The position numbers and the translations under genes were made by a program. Positions 11,869-24,634 of a stretch of DNA of 64,000 nucleotides are shown here, in pieces. The DNA is from Lama guanicoe (lineage: Eukaryota). The DNA is taken from the NCBI GenBank assembly GCA_013239625.1, contig MU053561.1, positions 1,283,520-1,347,519 on the forward strand, in the 5' to 3' direction. The notes beneath the pieces are model-generated. The model made no database searches. It was not told the DNA's origin and was given only the letters and a program-made list of their open reading frames with translations. Every line of letters begins with the position of its first letter. Within the stretch, counting starts at the first letter, position 1.

Positions 11869-13059
11869 AAACCTTAGAATTTAAAAGTAGAGACATATAT
11901 ACAGTTCTTGGAATATTCTGATGAATTCAGAAAGTACCTAATATAAATAAAATACACAACTTTAAAAGAGCTGGCAACTCAAGCCGATTGTGATAGGAAC
12001 CAGGATTGGTGCAGAAAAAGCAGAAAGCAAAGTCTTTTTCATTAAAGAGTGAAGAAAGACAGAGACCAGGACAGAGGACACACTCCTCCATCGCCACCCC
12101 AGTCAACCCCTCTGTATCCTCCATTAAGGCTTGCTGAGGGCCTCCTGAAATGAACAGCTCTCTTCAGACATACCTTGAAGGAGCCACTCTTGAACAGCCA
12201 ACACTCCCCCTCTGAGGCCAGACTCAAACGATCCTTCCCAGCAGGGTAATGAATGGAGGCTTCTGGCGAGCACCTGAAGGCCAACTCCTGTCTTTCAGGC
12301 TTGGATTTCAGGAAACAGCTTGGGAGGATGCTCTCCAGGCCCTGCAACTCCTGGGACTTGTCTTGAGATCCGTGGGAGAGTGGAGGCTAAGAGGGATTAA
12401 AGCTGCCCTGAAACCCTGTAGCCTGAGGGGGATTTGAGGGTGGAGGAGGAGGGGGTGGATCAGCTCAGCTGCTTCACCTTCCCAGATAATCCATCACTGC
12501 CACCGTAGCTGCAGGAAAGCAGTCCCGTAAACCGTCTGCCTGGAAGGAAGGATAACCTGCCGCTGGCTTTTATTTTCAGTTGAATTATAACACTTACCTT
12601 CTCATCTGGCCTTTCATCAAGAGGCTTAAGTGTTTTTCTTTCTGTGGGCCTAGCTGGCCACGTTTCCCCATCCATTATCGGCATAGGAGCCTGCCACACT
12701 GAACCCATGTGCAGTCCCCCTCCCCCAGTGCCCCATCCCCCAGGGGCTCCTTAGCATCAACAATTTTATAATTCAGAACAGACTCTCCTCTGAGCAATTG
12801 ATCTTACAAGTACATTACAACTGGCTCTAACAGGAGTTACCAAAGGCAGGGATTTCAGAAACAAGATGTGAACTCCCCAAAAGATGGGGCACCATAAATA
12901 CCTCCAGCATCTTGGAGTTTACCTGTAGAATCTGGCTATGCTTTCTGGAAATTTTCCGTGTCTGGGGCTCAGAGGGACAGTGGTCTGGGAATGTGGGGTC
13001 ATTGAAGATTATCAATAATAGGCTTGCTACCTTTAAGAGAAAATTGTGGGTAGGTTAGG

Positions 13060-13280
13060 CCAGTAGGGTAGGAGCTAGGAAGTCAGAATATCTGTCTTCT
13101 AATCCTGGCATGTATAAACATGAGCAAATGATTTAAACTCTCTGAGCCTCAACTTCCTCATCTGAAAAATGGATATAACAATACTAACTTCATAAGATTG
13201 CTGTATGGGTTAAACATCATAATCTCTATAAAAGCTCTTAGCACAGAGTCTGACATGGTATGTGCTCAGTAAGTGTTAGG
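13060..13280 (+). mobile_element. MIR SINE
   Basis: TGAGCAAATGATTTAAACTCTCTGAGCCTCAACTTCCTCATCTGAAAAATGG core. Confidence 0.85.
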
Positions 13281-13749
13281 CATCATCGTTCGTTCATTGG
13301 TTCATTCTCGAAATGGTTACCAATCACCTATATTCTGTTGGCTTTACCTCCAAAATATATCTCAGATGCAACCACTCCTCTCCATGTCTGGTGTCAGTAT
13401 CCTTCAGCAACCACAATCATTCTCCATCTAAGCTTCTCCAATAGCCACTTTACTGTTGCCCTCTCAAATTCATTCTTCCCACAGAAGAGAGGTCTTTTAA
13501 AAAAGATAAAACTGATCGTGTCACTTTTATGTTTGAAACTTTCAGTGGAATTCCACTGCTCTTTGATTAAAATTAGAACTTCTTCCCAGGTCCTAAAAGG
13601 CCTTGCCTGATTTTACTTCTGAAAAATGTCTCAGTGTCAGATTGTTCTATTTGTTTTCCTCCTTCCCTCCCTTCTTCCCTCCCTTTCCTCTTCCTTCTCC
13701 TCCTCCTCCTCCCCTGTCCTCTCATCAGTTAACCTCTAGCCACACTGTC

Positions 13750-14075
13750 CTCCTGTGTCAAAGACTGGCCAGTTCTTCAGCAAGTCACTCCTCTGAGCTC
13801 TTAATTAGAATGAGATCCTAACATAATGTTTTCTTATCACCCCTTGCTATTAGGTGTGGCCATTGACTTGAGTCCTGCCAGTGAAGTGAGATCAGAAGTG
13901 ACAGGTTATCACTTATACTCCTGGATCCCCAGACACAATCTTTTCTTTCTTTCTTCATCTGTTAGCTGGGTGCTGATGTGGGTGAAAACCTCAGCCATTA
14001 TACTTTAAGTAAATTGATAAGAAATGTTTACTCTGTTAAGTCACTGAGATTTGGGAATTTAATTACTATAACAGC
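13750..14075 (+). mobile_element. MLT1-type MaLR LTR fragment within L2-like sequence
   Basis: CCCTTGCTATTAGGTGTGGCCATTGACTTGAGTCCTGCCAGTGAAGTGAGATCAGAAGTG and TGTTAAGTCACTGAGATTTGGG...TTACTATAACA. Confidence 0.7.
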
Positions 14076-14422
14076 TAGCTCTCTATTTCTCAGACATTTC
14101 ATTTGTTATTCCCTCTGCCTGGAGTATTTTTATTCCTTAGATCTAATGCCAGCTCTGCATATGGCTAGGTCATGGCTTCTTCACATCTCAAATATTAACT
14201 CCTCAGACTTGGACCCCATAATCCCCCTGCCTAAAAGCTTCACGTCATCTGCTAGTTTAGTATGGATTCCTCAGGGACTGGCATACTGCCTGGAAATAAA
14301 TAAATTAATTGAACGAACAAGTAAAAAAATAAAATATTTAATAGACACTGAGCAGAACCTTGGGACTGAAGGAAATTTTGATTTATTTGGTGATAAGAAA
14401 ATTAAAAATTTTTAATGACAAA

Positions 14423-14972
14423 TGTATTAGTCAGGGTTCTTCAGAGAAACAGAATCAATATGTAATATAATGTATATATATTCTATATATGATATATAGA
14501 ACCAGTAGGATATTGGATATGCCCTAGGGGGAAAATACATATTTCTATCTATCTATCTTTATCTATCTATCTCATATGATCATAGATCTGAAGAATCTTA
14601 CAATCTGTTAGTTTTCAAGCTGGAGACCCAGGAATGCTCATGGTGTAATTTTAGTTCAAGTCTGAGGGCCTGAGAACTAGGCGGGTAGGGGGGTGGCAGT
14701 GGTGTAAATCCCAGTCAGTGGGAGGGCGGGAAAAGATCGATGCCTCAGCTCAACAGGCAGCCAGGAAGAAGACAAATCCTTCTTTTCTATGCATTTTGTG
14801 CTATTCAGGCCCTCATCTGATACCTGCCCATATTGGGAAGGGCAATCTACTTCACTGAGTCCACTGATTCACATGCTACTCTCATTCAGAAACACCCTCA
14901 CTGGCATACCCAGAGGAATGTGTAATCTGGGCCTTGGCCCTGTTAAGTTGGCACATAAAATTAATTATCACA
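14423..14972. mobile_element. MLT2-type ERVL solo LTR
   Basis: Starts TGTATTAGTCAGGGTTCTTCAGAGAAACAGAA and ends AAGTTGGCACATAAAATTAATTATCACA (TG...CA); internal TA/TATC microsatellite, as usual for MLT2. Confidence 0.88.
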
Positions 14973-17554
14973 AATTCCTAAGAATGTACAGATTTATAGA
15001 AGAATTTATAAGAAACATGGAACAAAATGAGATGGCACACACTTAAAAGAAGAGTTGAAAGAATAAGGAAAACCTCACAAAAATCTACAAGGTAGTCAAT
15101 TACGATTATCTCTGTTTTATAGATGAGGCTATAGGCTCAGAGAGTTTACCTTACTTTGCCAAAAATTACATTATCTGGTAAGTGGTTGAGTTAGGGCTAC
15201 AAGGCAGTCTTTTGACTCCAAATTCTGTGTTCCTAGCACCAAGAAACAACTTTATTTTCTACTCAAATTCTGCCCAGTGCTAAATATCTAGTTTAAATAT
15301 TATTTCTCCCCATAAGATTTTCCCTGGTGAATATAATACATACTTCCATTAATGAAGCACTGCTACCTTGTGCAGTTGACTGTACATTTAAATCTACCCT
15401 CACTAGACTCATGCTGCCATTTGTTTTCACTCATTTATTCGTTCTTTATCCTATTCGTTTATTCATTAAACAAATGCTGCTCAGAGCCAATATGTGCTAA
15501 GTACTGCAACTGAAAAAGGAAATAAGAAATGATCCTTTCCCTGGAGAAAGTTACAAACTAGTAAGAGTGATACATAAGCAGTCTTCTTGGATCATGAAGA
15601 CTGTGAAGAGAGAAAACATAAACTAAAGATAGTGGCGCTCAGGTCGCAAGTGAAAACAAGCTGCCCAGTCTGAACTTCCAGCTTCTAGACTTAATTTACA
15701 TGAAAGAGAAATTAAGCACATTATTTAAGCCACTTTAAATCAGTCTGTTTTGCTAATAACATGCCATTCCTAATTGATACCTGGATCTAATATAAAACAT
15801 TGGAACAGCAAGAAAATTACATTTAATCATAGTTTAAAAAAAATCTGTCCGCAGGAATATATAAATTGAATACTTATGGAACCAGAGAGGTGAAATGACT
15901 ACATATGTATTTCAACTCAGCTGAATTGCATAAACTAAGTAGCTGCTGTTCATACCAAGAATATCCAGTTCCTATGTCTTATTTTTTAATGTTAGGTAGT
16001 GTCCCAGTGGTGTGGGGAAGAGAGATTTTCACATCATCGTGTCCCTTTCACTTGGGATACTCCAGAGGGCTCCAGAGGTAGAATCCATGTGACTAGGTGC
16101 CCACCCTGTAAAGCTGTCCCATAGATGAGACGCACTCTTCAGTTCTTCCAGTTCAGCTCTGCTCTGGGGAAGGGGCAGGTTTTTTGCTAGTTCATCGGTA
16201 TTTTAATTGGAAATTGGCATTGACTAGGGGAAAAGGCAGAAATCTTCGATGTCTCTTGATACATCCCCTATTTTAAAAGATGAAGATTTACAAGTTCTGG
16301 AGTATGTGAGTGGAGAGAGTGCAATGTCATTTTCCCTTTTAATAGGATGCATTTGGTGGGGAAAATAGACTTGGGTAAGGTGACTTCTGTTTGTGCTTAG
16401 ATAATTGTACATCAGTCTTCTGCGGAGGCTTTGAGTCTTATTCCCTCTAAGTATACTCAGCAACAAGTTCTTCCCCTACCCTCACTGTTTAATTTCTAAG
16501 CCCTCGTTTATCTTAAAGTACTTGGGGGGCATAGGAAAGTAGAACACTTACGTTTATGTTTAATTTATAATTAACTTTATATGTTAAACATGTTATAAGA
16601 ACTATTTGAGTTTTATTTGTAGCCTTATTTTCTTAGGTATAAGGGATCCCATTTTATCTGAAATGAGTAAGATCCCCTGACATCCAGTTGGCTTTGAACC
16701 CGCAGCACATTTGAACAGTTACTTGGAATTTGGGTTTTGGAACTGGACCCGGTTTGGAATTGGGTCCTCAGAAATAGATTTAGATTCAGGCAGCTAAGAT
16801 TCAGTAGGTGTTTCCCATTTGTTTGGAGCAAAAAAAAAGATTTTGATTCCCAAGTTTACTTTTCAGGAACCTTCAAATGAGAGGACCAGTGACCAAGCTA
16901 AATGACTAATTTGAAAAGATGGTAGTTTGAACTTCTTTGGGTTAAGGATGTTGTCGGAAATTAGAGCTACTTTGAAAGTTCGTATGAACCACAAAATTTT
17001 TTAGAGTTTTAGTTTACCAGACTGGCTCAGAAACCTATGAAAAAATATTGAAAAACTGAAATAATTTTTAAAAAGACAATGCAGTTTAACCTCTCATTTG
17101 GAACAAGTATTTCTTTTGCTTTGTTAAATTCTAGAGAGCCTCTTCTTGAGCTGAGGTTTACTTATAAAGGTGTTAACATCAGAATGGACATAGATTGGGC
17201 ATAACCTGGGCAGGCTGCTGTATCATGACACTCTCCTTTTTCCATGGCATCACCCTTTCTCATGAAGAGGAAGAGCGTGAGGGTGGGAGGGCCTTCGTGG
17301 GGCAGAGGCAGTAATTCCTCCTCCGAGCCTGGAGCAGAGCAGCTATTGTAGGATCGGAAAAGGAAAGTGAATGCCTCCTCCCCAGGAAGTGCCCGCATCA
17401 TCCTTTCCTAACATCCGTTTGATTCCTAAAGGAAAGAAGCTGAATGACTGGCAATGGGGACCTGAGGGAGAAATTGTTTCCATGTTTGATATACAGTAGC
17501 TGTGAAGTAGTATCCTCTTAATTTGGACATAGAGGAACTTTTCCACATGGATCC

Positions 17555-18157
17555 TGTGGCAGACTGTGTTTTCCAACTATGGCTGTATCTATCTGTATGT
17601 CTGTCTGTCTGTCTATCCATCCATCCTCCATTTCACATGGTCTTCCAAAATGTGACATTGACCACTGACACTTCTCCACTGAGAAGCAAGGTCTGTATTC
17701 TCTCCCCTTAAACCAGAGTGGACCTCTGTAACTGACTTGGTCAGCAGTATGTGGCAGAAGTGTCGATGTGTGACTTCTGACGTCAAGTCACAATAGGCAA
17801 TATTGCTTCTGTCTGGCTTTCTCTCTCTTTGGATGCTCAACTTTCGAGCAAGCCGGTGTGCCGTGAGAAAGCCCAAACTAGCTCACACAAGAGGTCGCAT
17901 GGAGAAACCCATGTGGAAGGGAACTGAGACTCCTAGCCAACAGTAGGAATCAACCACCAGATTTGTGAGCGAGTGAGCCATGGCAGGCGTCCAGCCTCCA
18001 CCCTAAGGGCCTATCCAGCTGACACCAAGTGGAGCAAAGGTTAACTGTCTCTACTGAGCCCTGCCCACATTGCAGATTTTAGAGCCAAATAAATGAGGTA
18101 ATTATTTTAAGCCAATAAGTTTGGGGTGGTTACACGGCCATTAGATAGCAGGAACAA
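17555..18157 (+). mobile_element. MLT1 (G/H-like) MaLR solo LTR
   Basis: TGTGGCAGAC start, GTGGCAGAAGTG, AATAAA near 18088, end TTTTAAGCCAATAAGTTTGGGGTGG...GATAGCAGGAACA. Confidence 0.82.
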
Positions 18158-19411
18158 AGACTGTTAAGTGTAAATCTACAGAGTACTTCTAATATTCTGA
18201 AGTGTTTATACCAACTGCTCTTCTTACCATAGGTCTTAAAAATTCAAGCTCAAGAAAATCTAGTATTAACATAGTACATTTTTAGTGACCTCAAATGGTG
18301 TGTGTGTGTTTGCCTGAATGTAACAGTCTCATTTATTCTTATGACCATAAATGGAGAAAGCAAATGTAATTATCCTTGGTGTGAGTTTTAAAAGGACCTG
18401 TTTGAAATGGGCCACCAGGTACAGTAAGAGAAAATAAAGAACCCTTTGGTAATTGTGTTTACACTTCCAGTAGCTAATAGCAAGGTGTTAGGGTAACTGT
18501 TCTAATTTTTCATTCATAGCCCAAATTTACCTTTGCAGGAAAACAACCTGGCCAGTTTTTGCCTTAAGGCAAGTCAATAAAATTAAAAAAGAAAAAAAAA
18601 AAGACCCCCCCCACCCCCGCCAACTAACTCCAACTTTACCAGGTGCTTTTTACAGTGAAAAATTTTACTCCTAAATAATAAAATCCACAGGCTACCAACA
18701 GAAATTCATTACTGAAACTAATCCCATAAAGGAAACCTGAAAAATAAAACTTAAAAACTAATTAACATGTGGGATACAGTGATAATATGAGTGAGAGAAA
18801 TGCACAGGAGAGAAGGTGAGAAAAATGGACATGGCATGAGAGCAATGAATGAGCATCTCTGCTGAGGACGAACCATGACGATGGTGAAGATTACGGCCAG
18901 ATAATTTTTAAATTCTTGTATTTTTCTGAAATTATTTCTGTTAAGCTTTACCATGCACTTAGAGCCACAAGCTTTATGTATCTGTACATTTAAGAGACCC
19001 AACCGGAGACCCATCCCTCCTCAGCCTCCTGAACCAGCTGCCATGTTTGGAACAGAAACAACTTTTGCCACGTTGCGCTCCTTCATATATGTCTTGAGGT
19101 GACACTTCATTTTTGCAATCTGCTTTCCAACTTCTCCCTGATCTTCTGGTTCCTAACCACTATATACATTTTCTTACGCAGTTCATTCTAAGAATTTCGA
19201 CTTGGGAACTAGTATTTCTCCTTTGGCTGTGATTTATGGCTTCTCTCAAGAGCTATGCTTTGACCTCACACACTTAATAATGGTGTTTTCAGTCCCTCTG
19301 GGGTCAGTCCAGGGCTGTCCCTATTATCCTACTCTTGGCATGGCTCCATGTACCAGCATTCCTGGCTCTGCAAATGGGACCTAGTGAGGGCTCGATTTAA
19401 GAGTCATCTAG

Positions 19412-19493
19412 TTAGCAGAGGTACGGGGGTGGAGATGGGTAAGGCTCAGTTCTGGGTTCAATTACCAATACCTCCATAAGGAAAAAAAAAAGA
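19412..19493 (+). mobile_element. Internally deleted vic-1-type SINE
   Basis: GCTCAG fused to CTGGGTTCAATTACCAATACCTCCA plus an A-tail; degenerate TSD AAGAGTCATCTAG (19399-19411) and AAGAACCATCTAG (19494-19506). Confidence 0.7.
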
Positions 19494-20219
19494 AAGAACC
19501 ATCTAGCAGACTCTCACCTCACAAACTCAGGCCCCCAAAGGCTGAGAGCCCTGTACAGAGCAACATTCCCAGCACTGAAAGGATTGGAGCTACTCCCCTG
19601 ATCTCCTGAATCTACACATTTTCTAGTTTTCTTTTAACATATCATTGTGTTCTTCCCTACACTTGAACACTGGTGTGTCTGACTGCAGTCAGTGACTAAT
19701 TGTTTGTAGAAAGCTACAACAGTTGATACAATGTCCCCAGACTTATATTTTTAAATACTGTTTCTCATTGGTTATGTTCAAGTGTAGACTTGATAAGCTG
19801 TCTGCATGGCTTGTAGGTTAATCTAGAGTCTAATATCACTTTAGCACTAAACTCCCCCACAGCCAAGATGAACTTCTTGGTTTTGCTTTCTTAGTTTTCC
19901 ATATCTCAAAATAGTTAAAGAACAAAACCCCACTGTATACTGCAGCAAAGTAGAACATTTGATTCTAATAGAAAGTTAGCATAGACAGTAACCACCCCAT
20001 GGTGGAAGGTCACACCCACCAAAATTAAGGACTGTCTGTACTTGGTATAGAGAGACTGAGAGGAAGAGAGAAGCCACTTTGGGGTAGCTGGTCCTGCAGT
20101 GTCCTTACCAAGGGCGTACTGGTGATGTACATTTTCCTGGAGCTCTGGGATTTAACAGGTATGTTTGGCTGCAAGGTAAAGATTTTATACTTAAAGTCTA
20201 TAAGTTGAACAACACAGAG

Positions 20220-22075
20220 ACTAAAAATGCTTTCCAATTGGTGTAAAATACCTCAGTACAAGGAAATAACAATTCCAGGAGAGACAATAAAAAGACAATC
20301 ATCAAGATGAGATGTAAGGAGCTTAGAGGTCCTGACAAGTAAAAAGCTGAACAAACTGAAAACTCAACCAGTCTTCCTAGAGCCATCAGGGAAGTGAGGT
20401 CACAGGGCAAACCACTATGCCCCAAATTGGAGAGACAGACAATCAGATACAGAGAATTACAACTTATCAGAGCACCCATGGTCAGAAGCCTCTGTGGGAA
20501 CCACTGCCAGTCCTGAAAAACTTAAACTGTAACTGAATTGCTGGAGGCTCAGTGTGGACAAGTCTTGAAAGTTAAAAACTCCAGGAGTCATGAACGGCCT
20601 ACACTTTTGTGAATTCTACCTTCAGGAAGCTCTACCAGGTCCTCACAGTAAATACTGAGAAAAAGCTCATGCTTCTGGCAGGGGGAGAGGAAAAGGAATC
20701 ATTCTGAAATACATTGTTTTTAACAAAGCCTTCCCTCAAGGGATCTGCTTAATCAGAGCCTGACTTCCCTGCAGAAAGGGAAGTACCCAGCTCCAGCCCC
20801 CTCGAGCCATTCTGTCTCACCTAAGTCGGGGTGTGTGTGCTGAGCGGTGCTGGTACAGTTCACAGTCCAGGGGCACTGAGACCTACTCATAGGACTACAG
20901 GACATTTCCCCTCCCCCACCTCACCATTACAAGGTCAGCTTCCATAGCTCCTTTTACCCAGTCTACCACTCAACCAGAAATTACCAGGCATACTAAAAAG
21001 CAAAAAAAGAAATCCCTCTAAACATGTTTGATAAAGGACTGTTACCCAAAATGTACAAAGAACTTTTACAGCACAACAATAAGAAATCAAATAACCCAAT
21101 TAAAAATGGGCAAAAGACCTGAAGAAAATATCCTGATGATAAGTAAGCATATGAAAACATACTGCACACCATACATATGTCATCAGGAAAATGCAAAGTA
21201 AAGCACCAGTGAGATGCCACTAAACATCTATTGAATGGCCAAAATCGAGAACACTGACAACACCAAATGCTGCGGAGTATGCGGAACAAGAGGAATTCTC
21301 ATTCATTGCCAGTGGGAATGCAACATTGTACAGCCACTTTGGAAGACAGTTTGGCGGGGTTTTTTAATTTTTATTTTTCTATAAAACTAAACATACTCTT
21401 ACCATATGATCCAGCAATCATGTTCCCTGGTATTTATCCAAATGAAGTGAAAATGAAGGGCTGCACAAAAACCTGAACACAGATGTTTACAGAGATGTTA
21501 TTCATCATTGCCAAAACTTGGAAGCAACCAGTCCTTCAGCAGGTAAATGGCTAAATAAATTGTGGTTCATCCAGACAATGGAATATTATTCAGTACTAAA
21601 AAGAAATGAGTTACCGCTCCATAAGACATGGAGGAAACTTAAATTCACATTACTAAGTAAAAGAAGTCAATCTGAAAAGGCTACTTACTGTATGATTCCA
21701 GGTGTAAAACATTTTGGAAAAGGAAAATGTATAGAAGCAGTAAGAAGGTTAGTGGTTGCCAGGGGCTAGAGGGGAGAGAGGGATGAGCAGATGGAACACA
21801 GGGGATTTTTAGGGCAGTGAAACTGTTCTGCATGATCCTACAATGGTAGATACCCATAGAATTTATAACACAACACTGAACCCTACTGTAAACTGTGAAC
21901 TTTAGTGATAATGATATGTCAGTGTAGGTTAATGAGTTTGAATAAATGTACCATTGTAGAGGGGGATGTCACTGGGGGTTGTATATATAAGGGAATGGGG
22001 TAAATGAGAATTCTTTGTGCCTTCCTTTCAATTTTGCTATGAATCTAAAACTACTCTTAAAAAAAAAATTAAGTT
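20220..22075 (+). mobile_element. Old L1 (L1MC/L1MD-like): 5' UTR-like segment joined to ORF2 C-terminus and 3' UTR
   Basis: 20280-21000 resembles an old L1M 5' region. From ~21020 ORF2 end (LPYDPAI..GIYP; WLNKLWFIQTMEYYS), then 3' UTR ending TCTAAAACTACTCTTAAAAAA. Confidence 0.82.
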
Positions 22076-22387
22076 CATTAATTAAAAAAAAAAAAAGCCA
22101 GGTGACAAAAAGAAAAGGCCCAGACAGTATCAGGGCTGTCATTTCTGTGAGCCATTCTTGGCTGAAGGGTTCCTCAATGCCCAAGTGAGGAGAGCTATTC
22201 ATGGCAAATTCTCACAGTAAACTATTTAATAATGCTGTTTTCAATTACACATCGTCTGGCCCAGTATGGTCCCCAGGCCCTGTATGCGTGTGTGTATGTA
22301 TATACATATATAATCTATATCTATGTGACTTACATATTGCAGTACATGGGCGTATTTCCATAAGATAATTTTTAGTGACGTGTATTT

Positions 22388-22715
22388 ACGTTCATCCCTC
22401 AGTATCTATGGGGGATTAGTTCCAGGACTCCTCTCAGATACAAGAATTCTCAGATGTTCAAGTCCCTTATGTAAAATGGCATATATTTGCATATAACCCA
22501 AGCACATCCTCCTGTATAATTTAAACCATCTCTGGATTACTTATAACACCTAATACAATGTAAATGCTATGTAAATTATTATAAATACAATGTAAATGCT
22601 ATACAAATTCAAGTTTTGTATTTAGGAACTTTCTGGAATTTCTTTTTCAAATATTTCTGACCAGAGGTTGCTTAGACCTGCCTTTGCAGAACCTGTGGAT
22701 TTGGAGGGCCAACTA
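22388..22715. mobile_element. MER2-like TcMar-Tigger DNA transposon
   Basis: CATCCCTCAGTATCTATGGGGGATTAGTTCCAGGAC...CAAGTCCCTTATGTAAAATGGC...GGAGGGCCAACT. Confidence 0.85.
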
Positions 22716-23349
22716 TGGTTCATGTTCAAATGTGAATTTACTCATTTGCAGTCAGCACTTTTCCTTGGTCTGTACGTTCAGGATATTTCCTCTCCCACCA
22801 TTGTCTGGCTTGCCCCTCCTTCAGCAGCTATTGCAAACTAATGGTAATTCCTAAAACACTTCATACTGCATTCCATATTTCTGCCCCTTTCCATATTCCG
22901 TTTTCTGTCTGAATTTCCCTACCCTGTTTATTTTAAACTTCATCAATTTTAATTCGTCAGGTGAAAAGTTCTTTCCAGAAGATTTTACTGACTTTCTAAC
23001 CTTCTTTGTGATCTCACAATATATTCTATCATATTATTTGCCAAGTAGTACAATAATGGAGATTTATTTAAATCTTCCCCATAATTCTAACCTTCCTTAC
23101 ATTCTGGGTCCATATTCTCTTTGACTTTGGGAAAGTACTTCTCAAGGATCTTACAGTCTTACGAGGGAAATGGATAAGTAAATCTAATTACTCTTTTCCC
23201 AGGAACCAATGTGGTTTTTATCCAACTTTTTGATAAATTAACAATCAACACGTTTAGATGATGATTACACAGATACTTTTCACAGGTGAGCTGTGCATTA
23301 CATTATGAATACATTTCCATTATTGTGCCATTTTTATTTTTCTCAGTGT

Positions 23350-24500
23350 AATAATTCTTCCTAGTTCTTTCTCATTTTCTTCAAATTTAGATTATGTTTT
23401 TGTTAAAATTATGTACCTACATAGTTTAAACAAAGGGGAGGAGAAGCTCCCCTTTTCCCATTTTCAGCACTCTAAGAGGCAACCATCTGAGCCAGTTAAG
23501 CTGCTGCTTTGGGCACTTACCCCTGTATAGCTAAATACTGCCTATGTAAGTAATTGGTTTTACAGGTTTGGCACTGTCTCTTCCTTTCTACTATGGCATT
23601 TGGGTTTTTTCTCTTTAACATCAACTGCTCTCTCCTCCCCATTACACACGTGCTTATTTTCCATGTAGTCTATACCTATCTCTAATTCTTCCTGGAAACT
23701 CTGAAAACAAATTGTAAAAGTCTTATCAAAATGGTCAAATGCATTGTCGTCCTTTTTTTTCCCCCTCTTGACAATGCCCTCTTGGGGTCCATTGCCCTCT
23801 GCATTCAGCAAAGGCTCAAGGCTCTCTAGACTCTGGGAAGATTTTGCCTGTGGACGTGTCCTTATTATTACCTGAAAATTATCTTCACCTCTCTCTTGTG
23901 TTGGATCGTGTTTCCTGGGTTTCAAGTCTTATTTCTTGATTTCCCCCCTCATTTTACTGTAGCACATCACCTAATTTATTTTAGAGAAGAGAAGTCATGG
24001 TGGGTAAAGCTTTTGAGAACTTGTGAAGCTGAAGTGTATTTTACCTTAACATTTGATTTTAAGTTTTTCTTGGTTTAGAATTTTAGGGTGGAAATTGTTT
24101 CCATGAAGAATGTTGTAGCTATTTGTTCATTCCTCTAGTTTCCAATGTTGCTTTTGAAAATTTTGATGCCACTCTGATTGTTGATATTTTTACAGAACCC
24201 ATTTATTTCTTTCTTGAAGATTTTAGAATCATTTCTTTATTGTGATGTTCTAAAAATATTAGAATGTTATACCTGCATGTAGATCTTTTCATTCATTTTG
24301 CATGACATTCACTGTGTCTTTTATCTGGAAGCTGCTATCCACTAGTGAGAAAATTGCTGTTATATGTTTGATAGTTCTCTACAACCCAATTTCCAAGCAT
24401 TTTTATTATTATTTTTCTGGAATTTCCAGTGGTAGAAGTTGATCTTATTAGATTGATATTCATTTTTTAATATATTAAAAAATTTTGTTCTTAGATACTT
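23350..24500 (-). mobile_element. Ancient L1ME/HAL1-like remnant (ORF1 region)
   Basis: T-rich degenerate antisense-ORF1 motifs: AGAATTTTAGGGTGGAAATTGTTT, CTAGTTTCCAATGTTGCTTTTGAAAATTTTGATGCCA. Confidence 0.55.
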
Positions 24501-24634
24501 TTACAAAGTATTCATCCTGGCAGAAATAAAAAGTTTTATTCTACTTTTAACTGTGACGCTATCATATATATTTATCTAGGTTGGAACATTTTCCTCCTCT
24601 TTAATCATTGTTTTTAGTGTTGTTTCTGTTTTTA

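Noticed and set aside
22553..22612. Direct repeat AATACAATGTAAATGCTAT
   Set aside because: It lies inside the MER2-like element, where I recall this motif being duplicated in the consensus; not locus-specific.
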